A DNA stretch of 64,000 nucleotides from a virus (Duplodnaviria; Caudoviricetes): positions 2,193 to 66,192 of IMG/VR virus record IMGVR_UViG_3300014205_000022, one strand, 5' to 3'. Below the pieces are notes generated by a model. That model was given only the letters and a program-made list of their open reading frames with translations. It was not told the origin of the DNA and ran no database searches. A program made the position numbers and the translations under genes. Shown here piece after piece: positions 19,067 to 28,695 of the stretch; the first letter of the stretch is position 1, and each line of letters begins with the position of its first letter.

Positions 19067-19836
19067 CTGATGTCCTGTATCTTGATACAGACAATGTGTA
19101 CCGTGTTGATGGTGTTAAGAACTCTCAGACTGGCGAGTTCATTAACGACGCTGTTGTTACGCTAACACTTAAAGATGCTGATGGTGTCGAGATAGTCGGC
19201 GAGACGTGGCCGCTGACTCTTGACTACGTTGCTGGCAGCGACGGTTCATACCAAGCGGCGCTTACTGACGCGCTTGAGTTAGTTGATGGTGAGACGGGCA
19301 CGGCTGTCCTTGAGATCGATGGTGATAGTCTTCAAACGACTCTTGAGCTACCAATCCAGTTCGCCACACGTGGTCAGGCGTCTCTTGCTTGGACGTCGTC
19401 ATCTGAACTGTATGCGATGTTTGGGCGAACTAATGTTCGTAAGTGGGCGGACCTTGAGAACATAGCTAATGAAGACGATATCTCGCTTCGTCTTCAATGG
19501 GCTATTGACGAAGCAACTGAAGAAGCGAGAATGCAACTAACAGACTCGCCGGTTGACTTGCCGAATATGGTATCCGCTCCGCGACCTTTGCGTATCGCTG
19601 TTACGCGTCTTGCTGGCGTGTTCTTGTATGAAGCGCGTGGGATCAAGGATACGTCTGACGAAGAGGGCAAGCACCGGCTGTCATCGCATAAGAAGGCAGC
19701 ACAGACATTCTTTCAGCGCGTGCAAGCTGGTCAACTACGCATTGATGCTGGGTCTACATCATACCCAGTCGTCTCAGACGACACTGATGAGGATTCGCTA
19801 GATGATCTGCAAACTGGGGCAGAGATCTTCCTGTAA
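19063..19836 (+). CDS. Head-tail adaptor (Mu gp36/DUF1320-like) with N-terminal Ig-like domain
   Basis: C-terminal half ELYAMFG...LQWAIDEA...P..L...RLA...LYEAR; N-terminal half is all-beta. Confidence 0.65.
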   Translation: MTDVLYLDTDNVYRVDGVKNSQTGEFINDAVVTLTLKDADGVEIVGETWPLTLDYVAGSDGSYQAALTDALELVDGETGTAVLEIDGDSLQTTLELPIQFATRGQASLAWTSSSELYAMFGRTNVRKWADLENIANEDDISLRLQWAIDEATEEARMQLTDSPVDLPNMVSAPRPLRIAVTRLAGVFLYEARGIKDTSDEEGKHRLSSHKKAAQTFFQRVQAGQLRIDAGSTSYPVVSDDTDEDSLDDLQTGAEIFL

Positions 19837-20620
19837 GACTGGGTTCGACTTAAACGTCGAGCTAGCACCAATCGATCGTCGCTCTGATCACTTCATCAAC
19901 AGGCTTGCACTGGCTACTCAGCTGGGCAAGCCTGTAAGTCTTGATGAGGTTAGCAAGGCTGTGTATGAAGCCATGCTGTCAGCTCATCACTTAGCATTAG
20001 AGACGTGTCGGCTGCGACGCCGCTTATACAAAGCCGGCATGATTGAGATGTCTGATGCGCAGATTAAGAAGATTCTTAACAACTCAACGAAGACGGATAA
20101 GGATGCTCTTCGTGAGTTGTATGGATCCATCGCACGCTCAGTGACGAACAAGTCGATGAGTAAGGTGCGTGAAGATCTTATGAAGGCGGCAATAGGCGAG
20201 GTAAACAACAAGCCTAAGCAAGCTGATAAGAGTCTTAAGTCAGCGCTTGGTGCGACTGGCCCTAACAAGAAGGCAAGCCCAGTTCTTCGCACGGTCTTTA
20301 GAACGCAAACTGCCATCGCGTATAACGCGGCAGCTTGGATTGAAACGCAAGACGATGATGACGTGTGGGGCTATGAGTACACAACCGCCGGTGATGAACG
20401 CGTAAGAGACACGCACGAAGAACTAGACGGGCTGCGATATCCAAAGTCCGACCCATTCTGGGATGTGTACTCACCACCTAACGGATGGAATTGCCGCTGT
20501 TCGCCAGTGCCCATCTATCGTGGAGAGAAGAATGCTAGAAAGAAGACGAAGAAAACACTGCCACCAGTAGATAAAGCATTCAAGACTAATTTTGGGAAAA
20601 TTTTCTCAGTTAGTGTTTGA
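19802..20620 (+). CDS. Head morphogenesis protein (Mu gpF / SPP1 gp7)
   Basis: FRTQTAIAYN...AGDERVRDTH...DPFW...PPNGWNCRC signature; true start uncertain. Confidence 0.9.
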   Translation: MICKLGQRSSCKTGFDLNVELAPIDRRSDHFINRLALATQLGKPVSLDEVSKAVYEAMLSAHHLALETCRLRRRLYKAGMIEMSDAQIKKILNNSTKTDKDALRELYGSIARSVTNKSMSKVREDLMKAAIGEVNNKPKQADKSLKSALGATGPNKKASPVLRTVFRTQTAIAYNAAAWIETQDDDDVWGYEYTTAGDERVRDTHEELDGLRYPKSDPFWDVYSPPNGWNCRCSPVPIYRGEKNARKKTKKTLPPVDKAFKTNFGKIFSVSV

Positions 20621-20646
20621 ACTATATCTAATAGATTAGGTAATCA

Positions 20647-21804
20647 GTGTCTAAGATGGCTAATAAAGATATTATATTCCTGTGCGCATCGACCAGCTTT
20701 GAGAAGACAGAGCTTGGGCCTGATGTGTATCGCAAGGAATTGATTTATCCTGGGCACTTCGTTAAGAAAGATGCGAAAGGCTCAGTCGAGTTTGAGTTGC
20801 CAGTCGACGAGACGCTTCTTGATCATTGGGTAGCAACATTCAACAAGATGAAGGCTGCTGGCATTGAAGTGCCAGTGCCAATCGAGCATACAACTGATCC
20901 TGAGCAACGACGAGGCACTGTTGTTGATCTTAAGAAGGAGATGAACCCAGAGCGGAAAGAGCCGGCGCTTTATGCTTACATTAAGTTCCGTGATCAACCG
21001 ACTGGTGATGCTCTCTCGAAGACGACGCAAGTTAGCTTGTTCTCGCCTCCTGATTTTGTTGACGGCAAGGGCATTAAGTACGTTCGTCCGATCAGGCATG
21101 TTGCTCTTACGGACTACCCGCTCGTTCCCGGGCTCGCTGGATTTGAGAAGGCCATTGCTGCCTCTCTTGTACTCTCACAGGATAAGGAAACACAGATGAG
21201 CCCGATCTCTGATCTTGCTGATCAGCTTGGCGTCGAGTATCCGCAAGGTGCAACCGACGAAGAAATCAAAGCCGCCATCGTGTCTGCTTGGAATTCTGAC
21301 GTGCCCATGGACGGCACCGATGAAGAGCTTGATCCGCTTGAAGGCGAAGATCCTCTTGGCGAGGACGATTCCACGCTGGGCGAAGAAGACCCAACGATGG
21401 AAGACGATGCTGAATTCGGCGACGATCCGATGATGGAAGACGATGCTGGATTCGGCGATGATCCGATGATGGAAGAGGAAGATCCAGTGCCGCAGGCGCC
21501 AGTGTCTGCGTCCATCGTGACGCAGGTGTCCAAGGCGCGTCGCACTGAGCTCGAACAACTGGTTCGTGATCGCAAGATTACGCCAGCTGTTCGTGATCGC
21601 CTTGCTTCGCAATACACGACCGCTGGCAAAGTTGCGTTCGCGCTTTCGCACAGCAATGCTGATGACGGCTTCGATGGTATCGTCGCAGCTCTTTCTCTGA
21701 ACAAGCCTGCGTACCGTACAGGTAGCCGCACGATGGCGCAGGCTGTTGATGGTAGTGACTCTCCGCTGGTTGTCGATGCTGATCGGCGCGCCAAGCGTAA
21801 GTAG
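20647..21804 (+). CDS. Prohead protease/scaffold (Mu gpI-like)
   Basis: VPVPIEH (His) and VSLFSP (Ser) protease motifs, then HVALTDYPLVPGL, followed by an acidic scaffold domain. Confidence 0.8.
   Translation: MSKMANKDIIFLCASTSFEKTELGPDVYRKELIYPGHFVKKDAKGSVEFELPVDETLLDHWVATFNKMKAAGIEVPVPIEHTTDPEQRRGTVVDLKKEMNPERKEPALYAYIKFRDQPTGDALSKTTQVSLFSPPDFVDGKGIKYVRPIRHVALTDYPLVPGLAGFEKAIAASLVLSQDKETQMSPISDLADQLGVEYPQGATDEEIKAAIVSAWNSDVPMDGTDEELDPLEGEDPLGEDDSTLGEEDPTMEDDAEFGDDPMMEDDAGFGDDPMMEEEDPVPQAPVSASIVTQVSKARRTELEQLVRDRKITPAVRDRLASQYTTAGKVAFALSHSNADDGFDGIVAALSLNKPAYRTGSRTMAQAVDGSDSPLVVDADRRAKRK
21397..21468 (+). repeat. 36-bp tandem duplication (MEDDA[EG]FGDDPM x2) in scaffold linker
   Basis: Two near-identical 36-bp units read directly from the sequence. 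Confidence 0.85.
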
Positions 21805-21841
21805 TCGGTTTAGGCGTGCAGTGTGCACATCCGCGTAATCA

Positions 21842-22291
21842 ATGGAGATCATGATGACTGTGTTTACGGAACAGCCGCGTCCGTACGACTTCCTCAAGGA
21901 AGAGTACGACCAGCGGTACACCCGGACGACCGGGACGATTCAGAACAAGACTGGTGTCACGATTGCTGCGGGCGCGATTCAGCCAGCCACGCCGCTGAAC
22001 CTGAACGGAACGCAATGGGAAACTCTCAACGTCGGATCTGAATCCGGTGCTGACGGTTTCTTCATTGACCATCGTATCGTACCATCGCTGGCTAACGATG
22101 CGATTTCCACGCTGGAATACCAGATCCTCGTGCGTGGGCCCGCGCTGGTGAATCTGGATGCTGTGCCGGACGATCCTGACGGTTCGACCGGTCCATACAC
22201 CTTGGCGGATCTCAAGACGCGAATGCTCGCGCTTGTTCCGCCGATCGTCGTTCTTCGCGAGCCAGCTACTACCCAGGAACAAACGACCTAG
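21842..22291 (+). CDS. Head decoration protein
   Basis: Lies between scaffold and capsid genes; LVRGPALVN motif, small and beta-rich. Confidence 0.7.
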   Translation: MEIMMTVFTEQPRPYDFLKEEYDQRYTRTTGTIQNKTGVTIAAGAIQPATPLNLNGTQWETLNVGSESGADGFFIDHRIVPSLANDAISTLEYQILVRGPALVNLDAVPDDPDGSTGPYTLADLKTRMLALVPPIVVLREPATTQEQTT

Positions 22292-22355
22292 TCATATCCT
22301 GGTGCGTGTATGCGCATCATGATTAAGCGGTCACTAACCAAGTTTTGAGGAGCCT

Positions 22356-23417
22356 GTGATGGCGCTGTTGGACATCTTTAGCACGGACGCATTTAGCGTC
22401 CACAACCTGTCGATGGCCATCGACAAGCTCCCATACGAGCCTGGTCGAATTGGCCGTCTTAACCTCTTCAAGCCGATGCCGATCACGACTACGATCGCCA
22501 TCGTTGAAGAGCGGTATGGTAAGCTCAGCATCTTGCCGACCATGCCTCGTGGTTCGGAAGGACAGACCACGCAGAGCGGTGTTACACGCAAGATGCGTGC
22601 CTTTCCTGTTCCGCACGTGCCCAACTGGGACGCGGTGCTGGCCTCTGATCTGGAAGGCAAGCGTGCCTTCGGTAGCGAGACCCAGACGGAGATCTTCGCC
22701 GGTGTGGTGAACGATCGACTGGAGATGATGAAGAAGAACCACGAGCTTACTCGTGAGTACCATCGTGTCGGTGCCCTTCACGGTATCGTGTTGGACGCTG
22801 ACGGAACGACGGAGCTGATTAACTGGTTCACCGAGTTTGGGATTACCCAGACCGTTGAATACATCAACTTCTACGACTCTGGCTCGTATGACCAGTCTGA
22901 CCCGGTCATCGACATGAAGCAGAAGTGTACGCTGATCAAGCGCCACGTGCAGGACGCTCTCGGTGCTACGCCGTTCCGCAACCTGCGTGCGTTCTGCGGT
23001 GACACGTTCTTCGACAAGCTGGTCGTTCATCCGACGGTTCGCCGTGCGTATGAACAATACCAGAACAACACCTTCGCTCGCAGTCTTCAGAATGATGAGA
23101 CTGGGTTCGAATTTGGTGGGATCATCTGGGAAAACTACCGTGGGTCGATCGACGGTATTGACTTCTTCGACGACGATGAAGCGATCGTTTTTCCGGAAGG
23201 CTCGGACATCTTCCAGGAAGTCATCGCGCCTGCTGACTTCGTCGAAACCGTGAACACTCGCGGTCAGCCGATTTACGCCAAGCAGGAACGGATGAAGTAC
23301 GACAAGGGTTTGGAACTGCACACGCAGTCCAACATCCTGTACATGTCCGCTCGCCCCAAGGCCCTGATCCGGCTGATCGGAATCGACGAAGCTCCTGGTA
23401 CCGGCTCGACGCCATAA
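22356..23417 (+). CDS. Major capsid protein (lambda E / Phage_cap_E family)
   Basis: DIFSTDAFS...LSMAIDKLPY.PGRIGRLNLF and THEYHR-like TREYHRVGALHG; C-terminal tail APGTGSTP. Confidence 0.92.
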   Translation: MMALLDIFSTDAFSVHNLSMAIDKLPYEPGRIGRLNLFKPMPITTTIAIVEERYGKLSILPTMPRGSEGQTTQSGVTRKMRAFPVPHVPNWDAVLASDLEGKRAFGSETQTEIFAGVVNDRLEMMKKNHELTREYHRVGALHGIVLDADGTTELINWFTEFGITQTVEYINFYDSGSYDQSDPVIDMKQKCTLIKRHVQDALGATPFRNLRAFCGDTFFDKLVVHPTVRRAYEQYQNNTFARSLQNDETGFEFGGIIWENYRGSIDGIDFFDDDEAIVFPEGSDIFQEVIAPADFVETVNTRGQPIYAKQERMKYDKGLELHTQSNILYMSARPKALIRLIGIDEAPGTGSTP

Positions 23418-23426
23418 GGCTGACCA

Positions 23427-23918
23427 GTGCTGAAAGTCACCGCCTCACTCACCTTGAAGGTCGCTGGTATTGCGTCTGTTAAAGATGTATTTCGGCGACC
23501 TCGAGGTGAGGTGAAGCAGGCGATGGATGAAGCCGGTAAGATCTACGTTACCTTTGTCTTGCGTGAATTTGATAAGAACTCGCGTAACGGCGGTAAGTGG
23601 AAGAAGCTTAATCCGAAAACATCCGAACGCAAGAAGTCGTCTGCAATACTCGTTGACAAGCGTGTGCTTCGCACTGGTCTTGCAACGAGTATTTTCATAA
23701 AAATTCAAGTTAATCCGCGTGTTGCCGTTGTTGCAAAGTTCGGTGGAACTAAGCGGCATCGCGCTGCTAAGATGACGATCGCGGACCTTGCCACAATCCA
23801 TCATATGGGTCTTGGTAACGTCCCTGCTCGTAAGATCCTGGTGACACCCGATCGTGCAACACTTGGTCGCATGTCTAAGAAACTGGTCAATGCGGCAAGA
23901 AAGCAACTTAAGAAGTGA
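23427..23918 (+). CDS. Tail completion / virion morphogenesis protein (Mu gpG-like)
   Basis: KWKKLNPKT...ILVD...L and ATIHHMG...VPARKIL pattern. Confidence 0.75.
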   Translation: MLKVTASLTLKVAGIASVKDVFRRPRGEVKQAMDEAGKIYVTFVLREFDKNSRNGGKWKKLNPKTSERKKSSAILVDKRVLRTGLATSIFIKIQVNPRVAVVAKFGGTKRHRAAKMTIADLATIHHMGLGNVPARKILVTPDRATLGRMSKKLVNAARKQLKK

Positions 23919-24445
23919 CTGGTGTGAATCCATTCGTTGATGTGTACAATGCGTTGTGGAATCTTGCAGAAGATTCGACACCGCTTACCACATTGGTGAA
24001 ACCCAGCAACAGAATCAAGTATAACCAGTCTGTACCATATGACCCTACGAAGGATGAGGTTAGTGAAGCTGACCTTCCTGAGTTGCTGTTGGTAAGTACC
24101 GGCAGTTCAGGCAACCTGCGTCAAAGTTCGTCAACCAGTAGCATCATCCGTCAATATGAGTGGCTGATTGCTACAGGCGACACAAGCTTAGTCAACAAGC
24201 TGCTTCGCGTTGAATGGGCTTTGTTCTGCGCAATGTCAGACTGGCCAACAGTGCTTAATGCATTGACGTTTCAAGGCTCAACGTTCTGCAAGCGAACGCA
24301 GCTTGTGTCAGTTAATTCAGGGCTTACTGACCCTGAGCGAAATCGCGGGATCAACGGTTGGTCATCCATCTGGGCTCTTGAAGTCGAGATGCACTTCAAG
24401 ACAACTGACCTGCATGCAGTCAACATCGGAACCGGGAGCGCATGA
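23915..24445 (+). CDS. Tail terminator-like protein
   Basis: Position before the tail tube gene; DLPELLLV motif; ends in IGTGSA. Confidence 0.6.
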   Translation: MTGVNPFVDVYNALWNLAEDSTPLTTLVKPSNRIKYNQSVPYDPTKDEVSEADLPELLLVSTGSSGNLRQSSSTSSIIRQYEWLIATGDTSLVNKLLRVEWALFCAMSDWPTVLNALTFQGSTFCKRTQLVSVNSGLTDPERNRGINGWSSIWALEVEMHFKTTDLHAVNIGTGSA

Positions 24446-24705
24446 TGGCGAACGAAGTTGTTAAAGACGCAATGAAGCGTGCTGGTGAGAAAGTTCCGGC
24501 GAATTTCGCGTGTGCAAGTACCGAGGATGTAGTTGCAATTGCAACACGCCTTCGTAAAGCTCTTCAAACTGTTCAGCAAGAGCTTGTTAACCTTGCTGAG
24601 TTAGACCCAAGTATTGAGCGTATCGTGCAAAAAACCGACAAGCCAGTTCGAGCTGTATATGATGCGGTTGCTGCAGCTGTTGGCGCCAGTAAGTCACTCA
24701 AGTAA
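24442..24705 (+). CDS. Small helical protein with VVKDA leader and FACAS motif
   Basis: Coupled ORF inserted between terminator and tube genes. Confidence 0.55.
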   Translation: MMANEVVKDAMKRAGEKVPANFACASTEDVVAIATRLRKALQTVQQELVNLAELDPSIERIVQKTDKPVRAVYDAVAAAVGASKSLK

Positions 24706-24747
24706 ACGTTAGCTTACATGTAGTCCGCACGAGCAGGAGCTCGACAA

Positions 24748-25647
24748 ATGGGTGTTCATTCAGGTAAGTTTGGTGTTGTGAATGGTATGAGTACCGTTCG
24801 CACTTGGTCCATCAATGACTCGATGGCGCCAAAGCCGTATGTCGCCAGTAACACGCTGTTCGGCACCGGTCGTCGGCGCGGTATCGAGACGTGGAATGGT
24901 AGCTTTGGCGCCTATGGCCATACACCGTCTGTGTTTCCTGGTGAACAGTTTGAGTTCATCGGCTACACCGCGCCAGACAACGACGTGACTGGTCCGGGCC
25001 TTCGATATAAGGGCCAGTCGCTCGTCGAGAACGTCCAGATCAATTGGAACTGGGGCGGTGGCGACATCATCAACTCGGTCGTCAATTTTCAGGGGCATAT
25101 CGGTCTTACGATTCAGCCGGCTGGGAACGAACTGTACGACTTGTCTATTCCTGAGGTCCCTGAAGTTGTTGGGACCAAGATTGAGTACTCGACGAATGGT
25201 GTTGACTTCGTCGAATGGGAGAATCTTCTATCGGCGACGCTTACCATCAGTTGCGCTCTTCAAGAGTACGTGAACTCGTCGTCGGTCGATACTGATGATC
25301 GTGTGTGGACTGGTCGCAAGTCTGGTCCGATTGACTTCACGCTTGCCATTACAGAGCAAGATGTTGATCGCAGTAAGTTTGAGAAGGGCGACTCCCTCGT
25401 TATTCGAGCGTATGTTAACGCCACGGAATACTACGAACTTAAGTGGACTCAAGTCGCCGAATTCACAGGTATCACGGTTGATCGTGAGACTGGTGCGATC
25501 ATCCAGCAGACGGTGAATCTCAATATGGACGGGTTCGACCCGGCTGCTCTCACCTACAACGCTGCCACTGGCCACATCCTTCTGCCGAGTGGCGAACAGT
25601 GGTGGCCGGCTACGCAGCCGGGAACTGGCTCTGGAACGGGAACCTGA
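24748..25647 (+). CDS. Major tail (tube) protein
   Basis: Beta-rich with an internal two-domain pattern, upstream of chaperone and tape measure genes; ends in PGTGSGTGT. Confidence 0.75.
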   Translation: MGVHSGKFGVVNGMSTVRTWSINDSMAPKPYVASNTLFGTGRRRGIETWNGSFGAYGHTPSVFPGEQFEFIGYTAPDNDVTGPGLRYKGQSLVENVQINWNWGGGDIINSVVNFQGHIGLTIQPAGNELYDLSIPEVPEVVGTKIEYSTNGVDFVEWENLLSATLTISCALQEYVNSSSVDTDDRVWTGRKSGPIDFTLAITEQDVDRSKFEKGDSLVIRAYVNATEYYELKWTQVAEFTGITVDRETGAIIQQTVNLNMDGFDPAALTYNAATGHILLPSGEQWWPATQPGTGSGTGT

Positions 25648-25650
25648 TAG

Positions 25651-25914
25651 ATGTCACGAAGACACCCGATGTATTACGCGCCAACTGCACGGCGATCGAC
25701 CTTTCGTTGTGCAGCTGGCGGTATGCAGAAGAAAGATGCCAAGCTGCTTAAGGATCAGCTTATCATGCTGTCCAACAAAGCAGATACGATTCGCAGCACG
25801 CTTGACCGTGCAGGTGGTGTACCAAGTCGTGTGTTGACTGCAGTTGAAAGTGCCATCAAGTCGATGGATGCTGCAGCGGATGCAGTTGACAACTATGCAG
25901 GTACCTTGTCTTAA
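25651..25914 (+). CDS. Small helical protein with FRCAA motif after a short leader
   Basis: ORF inserted between tube and chaperone genes. Confidence 0.55.
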   Translation: MSRRHPMYYAPTARRSTFRCAAGGMQKKDAKLLKDQLIMLSNKADTIRSTLDRAGGVPSRVLTAVESAIKSMDAAADAVDNYAGTLS

Positions 25915-25949
25915 GGTTAGGTTCTCCTCCTAACAGTAAGGAACAGTAA

Positions 25950-26426
25950 ATGCCGCAGGTAACTGGCGCTTCTCACCCAGTCAAGTTTGGTGACCGGGCT
26001 TATGACATGTCTCCTCTTACTGATAAGGACATCGATGAGGTTGATAACTGGCTTCGATCAACCTACCTTCAGACAGCTCGCCTCGGTCTTGAAGGCTTAA
26101 ATGAAGAGGAACGACAAGAGCTGCTTGGTGTTGCTCTTAAGACTGCACGCGGTCTGTCGTTCATGTCCAAAGACGGGGCCAAGATCGCTGGTTCGCTTGA
26201 CGGCGTCACGCGAGTCGTTTGGCAAGGGCTGAAAGTTAATCATCCATCATTGACGTATGATGCGTTCAAAGCTGAGATCTTTGCTCTTAAGAAAGTTGAT
26301 GCCGAGAAGCTTGGTGCTGATCTCTTGCTGGCGATGTCTATTTGGTCTGAGATCAATGTTGGTGCCAAGATAAAAGCGAAGGATGATACCACAAACCCTC
26401 CGCAGCCGGCAAATCAGCCGGCGTAA
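25950..26426 (+). CDS. Tail assembly chaperone (G-like)
   Basis: Position before tape measure; ends in TTNPPQPANQPA with a slippery A-AAC-CCT at 26393-26399. Confidence 0.75.
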   Translation: MPQVTGASHPVKFGDRAYDMSPLTDKDIDEVDNWLRSTYLQTARLGLEGLNEEERQELLGVALKTARGLSFMSKDGAKIAGSLDGVTRVVWQGLKVNHPSLTYDAFKAEIFALKKVDAEKLGADLLLAMSIWSEINVGAKIKAKDDTTNPPQPANQPA

Positions 26427-26596
26427 GTAAAGAGCAGGTGTATGCGAAGCTTGCTCAAATTTACAAGTACACACCGTCTCAAATCGCGGAGATGACACCC
26501 TATCAGCAGATCTCGTTGTACTCGCCGAACTCTGTAGCAGAGACGCTACACTTCAACACGTATGAAGAATATATGGAATGGACGACGCATCGATAA
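26393..26596 (+). CDS. -1 frameshift extension of tail chaperone (GT-like)
   Basis: The -1 frame opens after TGA at 26384-26386 and encodes VSKEQVYAKLAQIYKYTPSQIAEMTPYQQ...THR*, a typical T-domain pattern. Confidence 0.75.
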   Translation, partial: KPSAAGKSAGVSKEQVYAKLAQIYKYTPSQIAEMTPYQQISLYSPNSVAETLHFNTYEEYMEWTTHR

Positions 26597-28695
26597 GCTT
26601 AGGCCTAAACACAAGCCTATTCGAGAAAGCGTTGAACTTCGCACAAGATGCGATGGATGGATTCAGTACATTCCTTAATACTAAGTTCGTCGATTCTTCA
26701 GGCAAGGTCGAATCAGCAGCAGAGATAATCAGTAGCACGTTCAAAGCCGCGTTCGCAAGCCTCACTGAGTCAGCGACTGTTGCTGCTGACAAGATGAAGA
26801 CTGTATTCGTAGATGCTTCTGCAGCGATCAGCACGGCAGTGACTGGTGCCTTTGGTGTCGCACTGGCAGTAGGCTCGTCTGTTGTCGACGGGCTTAAGGC
26901 AGTCTTTTCCAAGGTGACTGGATTTATCACTGCCCCGTTCAAAGCCGCATACTCAGTAATCACAGGTGTGTTCTCTGGCTTGTCGTCAGTGATGAGCAAG
27001 GTTACCTCGTCGATCGCTGGAGCGTTTTCGTCGGTATACGGCAAGGTGAAAGGCGTCATCTCTGACATCTATGGGTCAGTGCAACAGCTTATTCCGCTTC
27101 TTGGGGTGGGGCTGGCGGTTGGACTGGCCCATGGGTTTTCTGCGTTGCAGGAAGATGAGAACGCGCTGTCCAAAATGAATGCCGTTCTTAAGGCAACTGG
27201 TGGTGTTGTTGGATACACATCTGACCAGTTGACTAAGATGGCCGATGCTGCTGCTGCAGCGTCAGGCGCGTTCGGCGGTGACGCGTTCAATAACGCGCAG
27301 ACTGTTCTGCTGCAGTTCAAGAACGTGCGAGCGGATGTATTCGAAGGCGCAATGAAAGCCGCCGAAGACTTCGCCATTGCAACTGGTACTGACCTATCTG
27401 GAGCGGCTGACAAACTGGGTCGTGCGCTTGATGATCCGATCAAGGGTATGCGCATCCTTCGATCTGAAGGCATTGTGTTTTCTGAAGACCAGCAGAAGGT
27501 CATCCAGTCAATGCTTGCCAGTGGCAAGGTGATGGAGGCTCAACGACTGATTCTTAGTCGTGTTGCTGGCACGTTCGGTGGTGCGGCCGCCGGGGCTGCT
27601 GACACGTTCTCGGGTAAGATCCACCAACTTAATGAGGCGCTTGACGATCAGTGGAAGGCGTTCGCCCAGGCACTGGTTCCCGCCATCGAAGCTGTTATCC
27701 CGTGGCTGATTCGGGGTGCTAAGTCATCTCAAGCATGGGGTGAAGCGCTTGGTGAAAACGTCAAGATGGTTGTTGATTGGGTTAACAGCAACACGGCTCT
27801 CTTTAAGAAGTGGTATGACTACGCAGTCGACGTCTTTAAGAAGGTTGGCTTCGTCGTCATTGACAGTCTTGGAGCCGCATTCACGTACGTAGAGACGGCG
27901 ATTCAAGACTTGCCAGATTACTTCACGATGGCTGTGGCGAAGCTGCGTGCTGTCTGGGAAGAGATGTCGCAAGGGCTTAAGACTGTCTGGGAAACCGTGA
28001 CAGTGTATGTTGAGAACTTGTGGAATAAGCTGTTCACCAATCTTAAGAAGGCGTTCTTAGGTTTTCTCGTTGCCACGTCTAAGATGGCACTGCAGCTGCC
28101 AGGTGCTGAACTGTTCTTAGGCAAGGATACAAAGAAACAGCTTGAGCACGTAATCAAGGCGACTGAAGCCGGGATTAAGCGAATTAAGCCTTCGGCAACG
28201 AAGGTCGCTGGCGGAACAAGCGATGAGGACAAAGAGCGGCTAGAGAAGCTGCGTAAGGCCGCCGAGGGCGCATCCACTGCGTTCAACGATCGCTTTACGC
28301 AGAACATGGAAAAGAACAAAGGCTTCATCGATTCGATCAAAGAGAAGTTCGCCAGCGCGCTTGGGTTCGACCCCGCTAAAGTCGGCGCTGAACTAGGCAA
28401 AGCAAAGGCGTCTGCTGCCGACTTCGTCTTTAATAAAGACCCAGCTGCTGAGCAAGGTAACAAAGGCGCGTTCGAAGACCTGTTGTCGTTGCAAAAGCGA
28501 ATCGCCGGCGCTGCGTTCAAGAGCCCTGAAGCACAAGCTACAGAGGGCCAGACAAGTGTTATTAAGCAGCATCACAAAGAATCGATCGAGGTACAGAAGA
28601 AAGTCGTTGAGAAAATCGACAAGCAGATCGAAGAGACGAAGAAGATCAACGACCATGTTAACGCGAATGCTGGTGAGGGTACTATAATTGGCTAA
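26578..28695 (+). CDS. Tape measure protein
   Basis: 705 aa, Ala-rich with 11-residue-type repeats; contains TDLSGAADKLGRALDDPIKGM..L..EGIVFSEDQ. Confidence 0.9.
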   Translation: MDDASISLGLNTSLFEKALNFAQDAMDGFSTFLNTKFVDSSGKVESAAEIISSTFKAAFASLTESATVAADKMKTVFVDASAAISTAVTGAFGVALAVGSSVVDGLKAVFSKVTGFITAPFKAAYSVITGVFSGLSSVMSKVTSSIAGAFSSVYGKVKGVISDIYGSVQQLIPLLGVGLAVGLAHGFSALQEDENALSKMNAVLKATGGVVGYTSDQLTKMADAAAAASGAFGGDAFNNAQTVLLQFKNVRADVFEGAMKAAEDFAIATGTDLSGAADKLGRALDDPIKGMRILRSEGIVFSEDQQKVIQSMLASGKVMEAQRLILSRVAGTFGGAAAGAADTFSGKIHQLNEALDDQWKAFAQALVPAIEAVIPWLIRGAKSSQAWGEALGENVKMVVDWVNSNTALFKKWYDYAVDVFKKVGFVVIDSLGAAFTYVETAIQDLPDYFTMAVAKLRAVWEEMSQGLKTVWETVTVYVENLWNKLFTNLKKAFLGFLVATSKMALQLPGAELFLGKDTKKQLEHVIKATEAGIKRIKPSATKVAGGTSDEDKERLEKLRKAAEGASTAFNDRFTQNMEKNKGFIDSIKEKFASALGFDPAKVGAELGKAKASAADFVFNKDPAAEQGNKGAFEDLLSLQKRIAGAAFKSPEAQATEGQTSVIKQHHKESIEVQKKVVEKIDKQIEETKKINDHVNANAGEGTIIG

